Below, one piece after another: positions 1 through 7,586 of a stretch of DNA of 24,000 bases; positions within the stretch are counted from its first letter, which is position 1, and each line of letters begins with the position of its first letter. The notes below the pieces were generated by a model. It saw only the letters and a program-made list of their open reading frames with translations. It had not been told where the DNA came from and did no database searches. Source of the stretch: Thalassobaculum sp. OXR-137 (lineage in GTDB: Bacteria > Pseudomonadota > Alphaproteobacteria > Thalassobaculales > Thalassobaculaceae); NCBI RefSeq assembly GCF_034377285.1, contig NZ_CP139715.1, positions 4,939,465 to 4,963,464 on the forward strand, in the 5' to 3' direction. The position numbers were made by a program, and so were the translations under genes.

Positions 1-1
1 G

Positions 2-898
2 GACCGCAACCTGCATCGCGTTCGGGCATTGCTGATGCGGGACAGGTCCGGCTTCGAAGCCGTCATCGATGCCATGGCCCAATCCCCGCATATCGTGATC
101 AGCACGATTGGACGGGGCTTTTCCCAGAAAGAGGACAAGGAACGCGGCGCTGTCATCTCAACAGCGCAAAGTCGCCTGGAACCTTTCGATAGCCCACTGC
201 TTCAAGCGGCGACGAACCATTCGTCGTTCAAAATGGAAGACCTGAAGCGGGAGAACCTGTCGCTGTTCATCATCATCCCGCCGGAGTATGTGGCCGTATA
301 CCAGCCGGTTCTAAGGCTCATGGTGGGCCTCGCCACAGCCGCCATGACACGGGAGGCCAAGCGCCCGAAACATCCGGTGCTGTTCCTGCTCGATGAGCTG
401 CCCGCCCTCGGGCACATGCGCCCCATCGAAGACGGCATCGGCTATCTCGCCGGTTATGGTGCGATCCTCTGGCTGTTCGTGCAGGACCTCGACCAGCTGC
501 AGAAGACCTACGTCAAATGGCGCTCGATGATCGCCAACTGTGCGGTGCGGCAGGCGTTCAACGTGCAGGACACGCAAACTGCGGAGCTGCTTTCCGGCAT
601 GCTGGGGCAACGCACCGTGCGCACGAGAAGCGGCAGCCGCTCCGGGCGGTTCCCGTGGCTCTGGATGGCGACGAACTTCAACGAGACCGTGGCTGAAACG
701 GGACGCCCGCTCCTGTCGCCGGCCGAAATCATGCTCCTGCCGGAAAACCAGATGCTGGTCTTCGTGCAAGGCTGCAAACCGATCCTGGCCGAGAAGGTCC
801 GGTATTTTGCCGACCGGTACTTCCGCAAGCGTTTTGACGCAGCCTTGCCGGATTCCGCTGAACAATCCGCTGGCCTTGGCGCTCACCAAGAGGCGTGA
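2..898 (+). CDS. traG: Type IV coupling protein (TraG/VirD4 family), C-terminal part; 5' end lies left of the window
   Basis: The reading frame is open back to nt 2, with no stop upstream of the track start at 29. The motif LFLLDELPALGHM...ILWLFVQDLDQLQKTYVKWRSMIANC is the conserved T4CP core. It is clearly paralogous to the ORF at 14874-16916. Confidence 0.85.
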   Translation, partial: DRNLHRVRALLMRDRSGFEAVIDAMAQSPHIVISTIGRGFSQKEDKERGAVISTAQSRLEPFDSPLLQAATNHSSFKMEDLKRENLSLFIIIPPEYVAVYQPVLRLMVGLATAAMTREAKRPKHPVLFLLDELPALGHMRPIEDGIGYLAGYGAILWLFVQDLDQLQKTYVKWRSMIANCAVRQAFNVQDTQTAELLSGMLGQRTVRTRSGSRSGRFPWLWMATNFNETVAETGRPLLSPAEIMLLPENQMLVFVQGCKPILAEKVRYFADRYFRKRFDAALPDSAEQSAGLGAHQEA

Positions 899-900
899 TG

Positions 901-2592
901 TCAGTCATCGAACAGATCGAGGTCGAGCCCGAAGGGCCGGCCTCTTTCTTTCGTGCGTTCCCGCTCCAGCTGTCGCTTCTTGTGCATGCGCCAAGCCCGC
1001 TCTAACTGCTCTTTCCGATCATCGGCAAGATTGGCGCGTTTGAGCGCTTTCTCGCTCAGCCGCTCCAGGGCACGTGCACGGGCTGCGATCTTGGCAGCCA
1101 GGCGCTTGCGGAGTTCGGCGGGACTGCCTGCGATATTCTGGATGATCTCCAGTTCCCGTACGGCAGCCTTGGTGCGGCGGCGGGCCTGCTCGATTTCATG
1201 ATGGGCCTGCCCGTGTTTGAGGCGCGCGTCGCGGAGCTTCTGGCGGCGCTGCATGATATAGCGGAATGACTTCTTGGCCTCCGCCCGCTCGCGGGTGCGG
1301 TAATCGCCAATCCGCACCCCCTTGATCGCCCCCAACAGGAAGGGGTCTTTTCGGATGGCGTCTTCGGCCTCCTTGATGCCAAGCTTTTTCTCCAACTCAT
1401 CCCAACGAGCGCGGGCCTTGTTCGCATCCTTGTAGACCTTGGCCAGCCCTTCGAGGAAGCTGGCCTCCCGCTTCGTGATCCAACCTGCCTCCCGCTCGGC
1501 CTGTCTGGCATGCCAGACTTCCTGCTGCTCGGCATAGCGGACCCGACCCTTGCGGCTGCGATAGGCGGCCTCGATCTGTATCCAGTAGCGATAATCCATA
1601 TCGGCCTGGTCGGCACGGCGAACGGCATCGCCTTCCGGCGAGGTGTCGATGTCACCCGCGAGCATGCCCTCGACGGTGCGGCGCTCTTCCGGCTCAAGGT
1701 CACTGGTATCGAGGGCCAGCTGTCCCTCCCGGTCGTCGCGAGCGATCTCGGCCGCACGGCTCGACATGAAGTCGTCGAAGCGCTCCCCGAACCGCTCCTC
1801 CAACGTGTTGAACCTTACCCCCTTACCCATGTCGGAGAGCTTGGCAAACCGCTCGCCGTCGGACAGGATCAGGCCCTGCCCCTTGCGCTCCAGGGTGATG
1901 CCCTTCCGGGTCAGGCGATGGTTCAATTCGGCCCAGGTCCGGGACTGGTAAAAATCGTCCTTCAAACGGCGGCGCAGGTCGGCGGTGGCAACCTTGCCAA
2001 GGGGGATGAGCGCTTCCCGCTCTTCCCGCCGCGCCTTCCAATATTCCCCATCGCTGAGCGCGGGCGCGAGGTCATCGACGTCCCGGCCAAGCTGGCGCTC
2101 GTATTCCCGATTGCGCAGGATATTGAGCCCGTGCTCGCGGGCGAGCTCATGGACAATCCCGGTCAGCCGCTTGCCGTCCTGATGGCGGTCATAGGCGACG
2201 TGCTTTTGCGGATGGATACGGTTCACCAGAAAATGCATGTGCGGATGCTCGGTGTCCTGATGGGAATAGACCATGAGCTGGTGCTCGGTCAGGCCCATGC
2301 GCTCGATGACCTGCTGGGCCACCTTGCGCTTCAGCTCCGGCGTCACCTTCCCCGCCGCCGCGTCCTTCGGATCGAAGGTGATCATGAAGTGATAGGCGGG
2401 CTGTTTGCAGCGGACGGATTTGGCGGCAGTCGCCTCCATCACGGAAGACGCGGCACGGGCGTTGTCGGTGAAGAGATTGCGCACCTCGACAAATTCCACA
2501 CGGTCGGGGCTGAGCCCCTTGATCTCGCCTGCGAGGTAAAGGGCGGATGCCCGGAAGCTCTCCGGCTGTCGGCGTGGAACCTTAAAGCGCAT
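901..2592 (-). CDS. Conjugative relaxase (MobA/VirD2-type relaxase/mobilisation nuclease domain) with long coiled, charged C-terminal region
   Basis: The N-terminal domain has HQDTEHPHMHFLVNRI (HxDxxxPHxH relaxase motif III) and an early Tyr (ALYLAGE). Start chosen at ATG 2592, behind a purine-rich GAGGGGGG stretch. It overlaps the mobC stop by 11 nt, which suggests translational coupling. Confidence 0.85.
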   Translation of the reverse strand: MRFKVPRRQPESFRASALYLAGEIKGLSPDRVEFVEVRNLFTDNARAASSVMEATAAKSVRCKQPAYHFMITFDPKDAAAGKVTPELKRKVAQQVIERMGLTEHQLMVYSHQDTEHPHMHFLVNRIHPQKHVAYDRHQDGKRLTGIVHELAREHGLNILRNREYERQLGRDVDDLAPALSDGEYWKARREEREALIPLGKVATADLRRRLKDDFYQSRTWAELNHRLTRKGITLERKGQGLILSDGERFAKLSDMGKGVRFNTLEERFGERFDDFMSSRAAEIARDDREGQLALDTSDLEPEERRTVEGMLAGDIDTSPEGDAVRRADQADMDYRYWIQIEAAYRSRKGRVRYAEQQEVWHARQAEREAGWITKREASFLEGLAKVYKDANKARARWDELEKKLGIKEAEDAIRKDPFLLGAIKGVRIGDYRTRERAEAKKSFRYIMQRRQKLRDARLKHGQAHHEIEQARRRTKAAVRELEIIQNIAGSPAELRKRLAAKIAARARALERLSEKALKRANLADDRKEQLERAWRMHKKRQLERERTKERGRPFGLDLDLFDD

Positions 2593-3151
2593 CCCCGCCC
2601 CCCTCATCGGGGGACGCATCGGTGTCGGGGTCCTCGTCGATCTGGACGGGCTTTTTGGCGACGGCTTTGTGGAGCGGATCGAGCACCCGGCGCATGATGG
2701 TCAGTGTCTCGTCCCGGTCGGCTGGGTCGATCTCCTTGCCCATGTTTGCCCGCCGCGCCATGGCGTTGATCGCATGCCCGATGCCGTTGATGGCCTCGAT
2801 CTCCCGCTCGATCAGCGGAGCCAGATCGAAGCGGTCGGTGACACGGTTGACCAGCTCGCCGCCGACATAATTTGCCCAGGGGCCATAGGTCTCGTCGCCG
2901 GTCGCCTCGGCCAGCTGACCGAGGTTCGTCGCCATTGAAGTCAGCTCGTAAAGCAGCGCGTCCATGACCTTGTCGCGCTGTGGCCTGACCCGTGGTTTGA
3001 TACCGAGCGCACGGCTGCGGACATAGGTGGCGAAGGGCAGTCCGGCGTCGATGGCGTCGCTCTGAATCTTCCGCCACTCGGCCTCGGTCAGGCGGATATA
3101 ACAGACCTTGGTGCGACGCTCTTCAGGAGCCTTGGGACGCCGTCCGGCCAT
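2582..3151 (-). CDS. mobC: Relaxosome accessory protein MobC
   Basis: The pattern IRLTEAEWRKIQSDA ... TNLGQLAEA resembles the MobC family. It lies immediately upstream of, and overlaps, the relaxase. Start ATG 3151 is preceded by GGGGAGG. The longer track ORF (to 3247) has no SD. Confidence 0.75.
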   Translation of the reverse strand: MAGRRPKAPEERRTKVCYIRLTEAEWRKIQSDAIDAGLPFATYVRSRALGIKPRVRPQRDKVMDALLYELTSMATNLGQLAEATGDETYGPWANYVGGELVNRVTDRFDLAPLIEREIEAINGIGHAINAMARRANMGKEIDPADRDETLTIMRRVLDPLHKAVAKKPVQIDEDPDTDASPDEGGGDAL

Positions 3152-3247
3152 GGGGCTATGCCTCCCCTTCCCCAGACGCCTCGCAGAGCAAGAGGGCTGC
3201 GCTTGAGACCCCGCAAGGGGGTCGAATGCCAGGCCTGTTGAACGCAC

Positions 3248-3360
3248 GAAAATACCCGCTGGACGCCCCTCGGGGGCTGTCCGGCAGGGCAGGCCGCAGG
3301 CCGCCCGTCAGGTATTTTTGTCGATCAACATCCATCTTGCCTCCCTCCTGTCGTTCAAAA
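3248..3360 (+). promoter_or_regulatory. Candidate oriT: long inverted repeat followed by a nic-like CTCCTG/T
   Basis: CGAAAATACC (3248-3257) and GGTATTTTTG (3311-3320) form a 9/10 inverted repeat around a GC hairpin (GGACGCCCC..GGGGCTGTCC). A third AAAAATAC copy lies at 3356-3364. CTCCTG|T at 3345-3351 resembles the MOBP/VirD2 ATCCTG nick core. The site lies upstream of the mobC-relaxase operon. Confidence 0.4.
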
Positions 3361-3554
3361 ATACTCCCCCTCTTATGGGGTCGCCCGCCAGTGGGTTAAG
3401 GATTCAAGATTACAGAACAGGCAATTAGCGCCAGAAAATCTCAACAACACTCTACGGTTTTCAGGGTGCGATTGCAAGTGTCAACAAAAGCCAACAGCCA
3501 GCAACAAAGCGGTGAGAGGTGAGGTTCTACGAGTCTGATGGCGGCGACGGACAT

Positions 3555-3578
3555 GCGAAAGCCCCCGTTCTGGGGGCT
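3555..3578 (-). terminator. Rho-independent-like terminator after the 64-aa ORF
   Basis: AGCCCCC (3560-3566) pairs with GGGGGCT (3572-3578) around a 5-nt loop. On the minus strand it is followed by TTTCGC. Confidence 0.5.
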
Positions 3579-3612
3579 GTCAGGTCCTCGTGAAGCGGAT
3601 GCGCGGAGGGGG

Positions 3613-3807
3613 CTAGTAGCCCCATTGTGCGAGCATCTCGACGGCTGAATCTGGATGAACATTGATGGAGTGCCAGAAGCGAATTTCGCCATGGGCACCG
3701 TCGAAGGGGGCGCGGTCGTAGGCCTCGGTAAAGGCTCCGAGAACATATTCGACGTAATGCTGACAGGTCATGTCCCGTACGATCTGGATTGAAGTTGGCT
3801 GGCTCAT
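3613..3807 (-). CDS. Hypothetical small protein (64 aa), leading-region orphan
   Basis: ATG at 3807 is preceded by GAGGAGA at good spacing. The longer track ORFs (to 4128/4192) run through the conserved leader without an SD. No family recognised. Confidence 0.6.
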   Translation of the reverse strand: MSQPTSIQIVRDMTCQHYVEYVLGAFTEAYDRAPFDGAHGEIRFWHSINVHPDSAVEMLAQWGY

Positions 3808-4060
3808 GGTCGGTCTCCTCTTGGGGTTTTTTGGGCCGCACCGTGCGGCCTTCGTGGCCAAGAGTGGGCAACGGCGAAATAGCCTTCCGCACCCGGAGGG
3901 CCGGAACGAAGTGGAGGATGGCAAGGGCCGTCTTTCTTGAAGCGCAGCGACCGCGAGGAATGGCCAGGATCGGGGTCCCCAAGCGACCCGTCGATTGGGG
4001 TGATCGGCCAGGGGAAGAAAGTCGGTTCGCGCCATTGCGGCAGGCGACGCCGATGCCAGA
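3808..4060 (-). promoter_or_regulatory. Conserved structured leader, copy A (contains a ~50-nt expansion hairpin)
   Basis: Alignable with 4633-4875, 7129-7345 and 14373-14585. SD-proximal hairpin GGCCGCA/TGCGGCC at 3834-3850. Blocks GGAGGATGGCAAGG, GTCTTTCTTG, CGCGAGGAA, GGGGAAGAAAGTCGG and GCGCCATTGCGGC are present. Confidence 0.7.
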
Positions 4061-4401
4061 TTGGCCCCAGATCGAAGGCCCGCATCGGTGTGGTTCGTCC
4101 CCAAGGGGATACCGGGCATGGGCGTCACAAAGCCAATTGCGGGACTGGCTCTTCAGGCAGAACGTCATGGGGTGAGACCGAAGTTCGAGCATGCGGCCTT
4201 ACGCCGTTGTCCAGGCACGCCGTTCTTCTGCTCGTCAACGCTCAGCCGTCAAGGTCGTCAGGGTTGGGCAGGTATCTTTGACCGCAACAGCGACGGCATT
4301 CGAAATACTGCGAGCCCGCCAAGGGGACTCGGCGGCAGTGGATGCACAGGATGCCCCGCCGATGTAACGGCGGGGCGCTGCGTCGAAGTGCTGAATGAGG
4401 A

Positions 4402-4632
4402 TCAGGCGGCCATGCGCCAGTCCGTGGCGGGTCGCCTGTGGCGGCGGGCCTCCATCAGGGCGATGGCGCAGCCGATCGGGGTCATGCCGATGTCGAAGGC
4501 GGTGCTGACATCCCGATACTGTTCCTCGGTGAGATCGGCTTCCGCCTCGATCAGGTAGCTGTCCTCCACGGCGATGACGTATTCGTCCCAGCTCATGTCG
4601 AATTGGTTCACGGTGTTGCTCAATCGGGTCAT
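4402..4632 (-). CDS. Hypothetical small acidic protein (76 aa), leading-region orphan
   Basis: ATG at 4632 is preceded by GGAAGGAGGAAAG. The N-terminal ~50 aa are rich in D/E. The longer track ORF (to 4953) overlaps the conserved leader. Confidence 0.6.
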   Translation of the reverse strand: MTRLSNTVNQFDMSWDEYVIAVEDSYLIEAEADLTEEQYRDVSTAFDIGMTPIGCAIALMEARRHRRPATDWRMAA

Positions 4633-4875
4633 GGTCTTTCCTCCTTCCGGTTTGTCCTGGCCGCGACCGCGGCCTTCCATGGGCAACAGAAGGCGGCGGC
4701 ATAGGCGACCGGACGCACCCCAAGAGGCGCGGAGGGGCAAGGCCCCGACCGGGACTTGAAGTGGGCCGGAACGAAGTGGAGGACGGCGAGGACCGTCTTT
4801 CTTGTTTCGCGAGGAAGGTCGAAGACCGGGGAAGAAAGTCGGGCAGCGCCGTTGCGGCGGGAGACGCCGACGCCA
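4633..4875 (-). promoter_or_regulatory. Conserved structured leader, copy B
   Basis: Hairpin GGCCGC/GCGGCC at 4659-4674. TTCCATGGGCAAC block present. Helix GTCTTTCTT (4795-4803) pairs with AAGAAAGTC (4832-4840) and encloses CGCGAGGAA plus hairpin GGTC-GAA-GACC (4817-4827). GCGCCGTTGCGGCG block present. Confidence 0.7.
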
Positions 4876-5063
4876 CGTTTGCCCAATGAGGAAGGCCCGA
4901 CGGTCACGGCCAGCCGGAAGGATGGAAAGCCCCCGATTGAGCATGCCGGTCACCTCGGCAAGCTGGGCACGTCAGCGGGGTTGCTGGTGGACAGGACCAT
5001 AAGTCGAGGAAGCATCACCGAGATCGTATCGGATGCTGCCAGCGCTCAATTGGAGACACGAAC

Positions 5064-5180
5064 ATGGCTTCGCAGAAACCTGACTGGATGGCCCAGCACC
5101 TAATGATACGGAAACGTCGCCAGGTGACCACGCGGCTTCTGCTGCTGCTCTTGCTGGCCTGTTGCATTGCCGCCCTGTAA
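5064..5180 (+). CDS. Possible 38-aa peptide with basic N-terminus and poly-Leu hydrophobic C-terminus
   Basis: Below the track's size cut-off. ATG 5064 lies 7 nt after GGAGA. Translation: MASQKPDWMAQHLMIRKRRQVTTRLLLLLLLACCIAAL*. Lies 100 nt upstream of the ankyrin gene on the same strand. Confidence 0.3.
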   Translation: MASQKPDWMAQHLMIRKRRQVTTRLLLLLLLACCIAAL

Positions 5181-5279
5181 GGCAAGCCGCAGTTGTCACT
5201 GTCAGTCCCTCTCTCGCGCACCTGCGCATAAGGGTTCACGGCTTGAGCCGGAGGGAATTTAACAAAGTGAGACACGTGC

Positions 5280-6191
5280 ATGCTGGATAAGATTTTTGAT
5301 GCGATAGAAGGCAACGACATCGACGAGCTGAAACGCCTTAAGGAGGCAGGCGGGGACTTCACCCTCGCTAACGAGCATGGCCATACGCCAGCGCATTGGG
5401 CGGCGGGGTCTGGCAATCCAGAGGTGGTGCGCGCTGTCCATGAGGCAGGCGGGGACTTCAACCTCGCTAACGATTATGGCCAGACGCCGGTGCATAGGGC
5501 GGCGGGGTCTGGTAATCCCGAGATTGTACGCGCTGTCCACGAGGTTGGTGGAGACTTCGCCGTCGCTGACAAGTATGGCCGGACGCCGGCGCATAGGGCG
5601 GCGGAGATTGGTAATCCCGAGACCGTGCACGCTGTCCATGAGGCGGGCGGGGACTTCACCCTCGCTGACAAGGATGGTGAGACACCGGCGTATACGGCGG
5701 TGGGGTCCGGTAATCCCGAGATCGTGCGCGCTGTCCATGAAGTAGGCGGGGACTTTACACTCGCTGACAAGTATGGCCGGACGCCAGCGCATCGTGCGGC
5801 GGGGTGTTATATTCCAGAGATGGTGCACGCTGTCCATGAGGCGGGCGGGGACTTCACCCTCGCTGACAATAATAGCCGGATGCCGGCATATTGGGCCGTG
5901 GAGTCTGGTAGTCTGAAGATGGTGAGGCTCGTTGAAGATATCGCCAAAGAGCAGGAGGCAGACAAGCTCCAGACGGCGTTACAGGAGCGGCTTCCTCTGC
6001 CTGAGCCAGACCAGACCAACGAAGATTACCATAGGACCCTGAAGCAGAGGCAAGAGGTGGCCCGTGCTGCTCTGCGTGCGGAGACCGAGGCCAAACTTCG
6101 GAATCATGCCCCCTTGCCTGATCTTGGGCATGATGAAATTGACCCGACTGGTAAGGATGAAGATGACCGTAACGGTACCGATCCCAGATAG
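5280..6191 (+). CDS. Ankyrin-repeat protein (six 33-aa repeats) with charged C-terminal tail
   Basis: The unit G(D/N)..TPaHrAAgSGNPEiVrAVHEaGGDF.lAd repeats six times. It is opposite in orientation to the surrounding leading-region genes. Confidence 0.85.
   Translation: MLDKIFDAIEGNDIDELKRLKEAGGDFTLANEHGHTPAHWAAGSGNPEVVRAVHEAGGDFNLANDYGQTPVHRAAGSGNPEIVRAVHEVGGDFAVADKYGRTPAHRAAEIGNPETVHAVHEAGGDFTLADKDGETPAYTAVGSGNPEIVRAVHEVGGDFTLADKYGRTPAHRAAGCYIPEMVHAVHEAGGDFTLADNNSRMPAYWAVESGSLKMVRLVEDIAKEQEADKLQTALQERLPLPEPDQTNEDYHRTLKQRQEVARAALRAETEAKLRNHAPLPDLGHDEIDPTGKDEDDRNGTDPR
5343..5936 (+). repeat. Six tandem 99-bp repeats (coding, ankyrin units)
   Basis: Units start at 5343, 5442, 5541, 5640, 5739 and 5838, an exact 99-bp period. 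Long identical stretches occur, for example GAGGC(A/G)GGCGGGGACTTCACCCTCGCT. Confidence 0.9.
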
Positions 6192-6267
6192 GCACACGTG
6201 GGTCGAGCGCCAGGATTGAGTTACGGAGAAATAGCCCCTGCCGCACGTGCAACAGGGGCCAGCAGGT

Positions 6268-6756
6268 TTAAGCGTAGGGGATCTCCATCGGGTCCTCGCC
6301 GTGCCATGAGGCTTCGGTGATGAAGTAGCCAAGGCGGTTCACCGTATGAAGCCCGCTGAGGATATAGAGGGTGTCATCGTCAGCCTCGATCAGCGTCCAG
6401 ACGCGGGCCAGGTCGGTCGTCCTGACGATCTCGATCTCGGGGCCGAAGGTCTCGAACAGAAGCCCGTCGCAGGGGGCAGTCGGGACCAGTGGATTGGTCG
6501 TCGGGCGGAAAGTCTCGCACCACTCCGTGAAGCTTATCGAGGGCCGCGCTGGGTCGGGGTCGTCTCCGGTGGCAGCGATGGCCTGAAGCGCGAGAGCATG
6601 GCCCGCCGCAATGCCGTCCGCCTCTTTCCATGCGTCCCAGTCATCGGGATCGTCGGTGGCTTCGGCGGCTGCCAGAAGGCGCTCGGCTTCGTCAGTCAGG
6701 CGGGCGGTTTCCGCATGCAGCTTGTTCAGTTGATCGTCGGTCAAAAGTATCATCAT
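6268..6756 (-). CDS. Hypothetical acidic protein (162 aa)
   Basis: ATG 6756 lies 8 nt after AAGGAA; the track start at 6762 is a TTG. Highly D/E-rich. No family recognised with confidence. Confidence 0.65.
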   Translation of the reverse strand: MMILLTDDQLNKLHAETARLTDEAERLLAAAEATDDPDDWDAWKEADGIAAGHALALQAIAATGDDPDPARPSISFTEWCETFRPTTNPLVPTAPCDGLLFETFGPEIEIVRTTDLARVWTLIEADDDTLYILSGLHTVNRLGYFITEASWHGEDPMEIPYA

Positions 6757-6831
6757 GGTCAAAATTCCTTAATAAAAATGTCTTGGGGTTAAGGCCGCCC
6801 GCCGTGGTGGCGGGCGGCGTTGGTGTCGTCC

Positions 6832-7128
6832 CTAGCGGCTCCAGATGAGGGCGAAGCCCTTGTCCTGCTGCTCGACCAGATTGGCGTAGATCGGAGCGGC
6901 GAAGCTCGGGTCGTCCAGCTTGACCGAGATGTACTCGTTGCCGCCCTTGCTGGTGCGGTGCCAGGCCGCGCCGATTTCGACTGCGCCCGCCTTGATGCGG
7001 AAGTCCGGGGCGGTGTCGGCGGTTTTCTCGACGCTGCTCACGGTGACCTTGGTGGCCTTGAGGCCAAGGGTCTGGATGGTGCCGGCGAAGCCGTTGTCGG
7101 TTTTGGTGAAGGTGCCGATGGTTGCCAT
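6832..7128 (-). CDS. DUF736 family protein (98 aa)
   Basis: MATIGTFTKT..GF.G.I.TL....KV......K....APDFRI.AG.VEIGAAW...SK.G.EYISVKLDDPSF.APIYANL matches my recollection of the DUF736 signature. ATG 7128 is preceded by AAGGAG. Confidence 0.8.
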   Translation of the reverse strand: MATIGTFTKTDNGFAGTIQTLGLKATKVTVSSVEKTADTAPDFRIKAGAVEIGAAWHRTSKGGNEYISVKLDDPSFAAPIYANLVEQQDKGFALIWSR

Positions 7129-7345
7129 GGTGATAGTCTCCTTTGTTTGGTGTCTGGGGGTCGCGCCCTTCGCGACCTTTCCATGGCCAATGTCAGAGAC
7201 CGTCAAAGACCGGGCCTGCACCCGCAGGGACGTAACGGAGTGGGAGGACGGCAAGCGGGCTGTTTCTTGTTTCGCGAGGAATGCGGCAAAGCCGCAGGGG
7301 AAGAAACCGACCGTGCGCCGTTGCAGGCGCGGGCGACGGGCTCAA
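7129..7345 (-). promoter_or_regulatory. Conserved structured leader, copy C
   Basis: Hairpin GGTCGCG/CGCGACC at 7159-7177, compensatory relative to copies B and D. Helix CTGTTTCTT (7260-7268) pairs with AAGAAACCG (7301-7309) and encloses CGCGAGGAA plus hairpin TGCGGC-AAA-GCCGCA (7282-7296). Confidence 0.7.
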
Positions 7346-7586
7346 ATGTGGCCATAAAAGGAAAGGACGTGAGGGGATGCGACCGCACCAAACATGTAGA
7401 AGACTCACCATGGCGGCCTCGATCACCGCCCCCGACAAACGGCGGCCAGCGCGCAATCCCCATGGCCTGAATCACCCTATCGCTGGTGAGGCGGCTCAAG
7501 AAAACGCCCGCCCTGGCTGAAGGCCAAGACGGGTTGTAATCGGCAATGGTGGCCGTCACCGTAACAGGCGGCAAACGGTCAAAATC

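Noticed and set aside
1510-2697. 395-aa plus-strand ORF antisense to the relaxase, with similar antisense ORFs in parB (7861-8808, 8818-9516), traG2 (15843-16610), ardC (13494-14192) and parA (18704-19423)
   Set aside because: These are typical stop-poor shadow frames of high-GC DNA. They have no motifs, whereas the opposite strand encodes proteins with clear family signatures.
3527-4953. Long minus-strand ORFs (3527-4192, 3613-4128, 4235-4876, 4402-4953) and plus-strand ORFs (3789-4175, 3937-4281, 4061-4558, 4756-5103)
   Set aside because: They run through the conserved non-coding leaders, have R/P/G/A-rich high-GC shadow-frame composition and lack SDs. The short ORFs starting at 3807 and 4632 have strong SDs, and the leader conservation pattern is structural rather than codon-like.
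5259-5837. 192-aa minus-strand ORF (plus 5377-5745 and 5474-5770) overlapping the ankyrin gene
   Set aside because: These are antisense or alternate-frame ORFs kept open by the 99-bp repeat periodicity. Only the + frame gives a recognisable ankyrin consensus.
5343-5936. Tandem repeats (and iterons at 17303-17381) as a possible CRISPR array
   Set aside because: The 99-bp units are contiguous coding repeats without unique spacers. The iterons are 16-bp repeats with 5-bp AT spacers next to repA. No cas genes are present.
6791-6818. Strong hairpin GGCCGCCCGCC-GTGG-TGGCGGGCGGC after the DUF736 gene as a terminator
   Set aside because: It is a perfect GC stem but has no T-tract on the minus strand, and the downstream gene starts ~35 nt later with its own SD. 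It may be an mRNA-stabilising or processing hairpin, so it was not called as a terminator.
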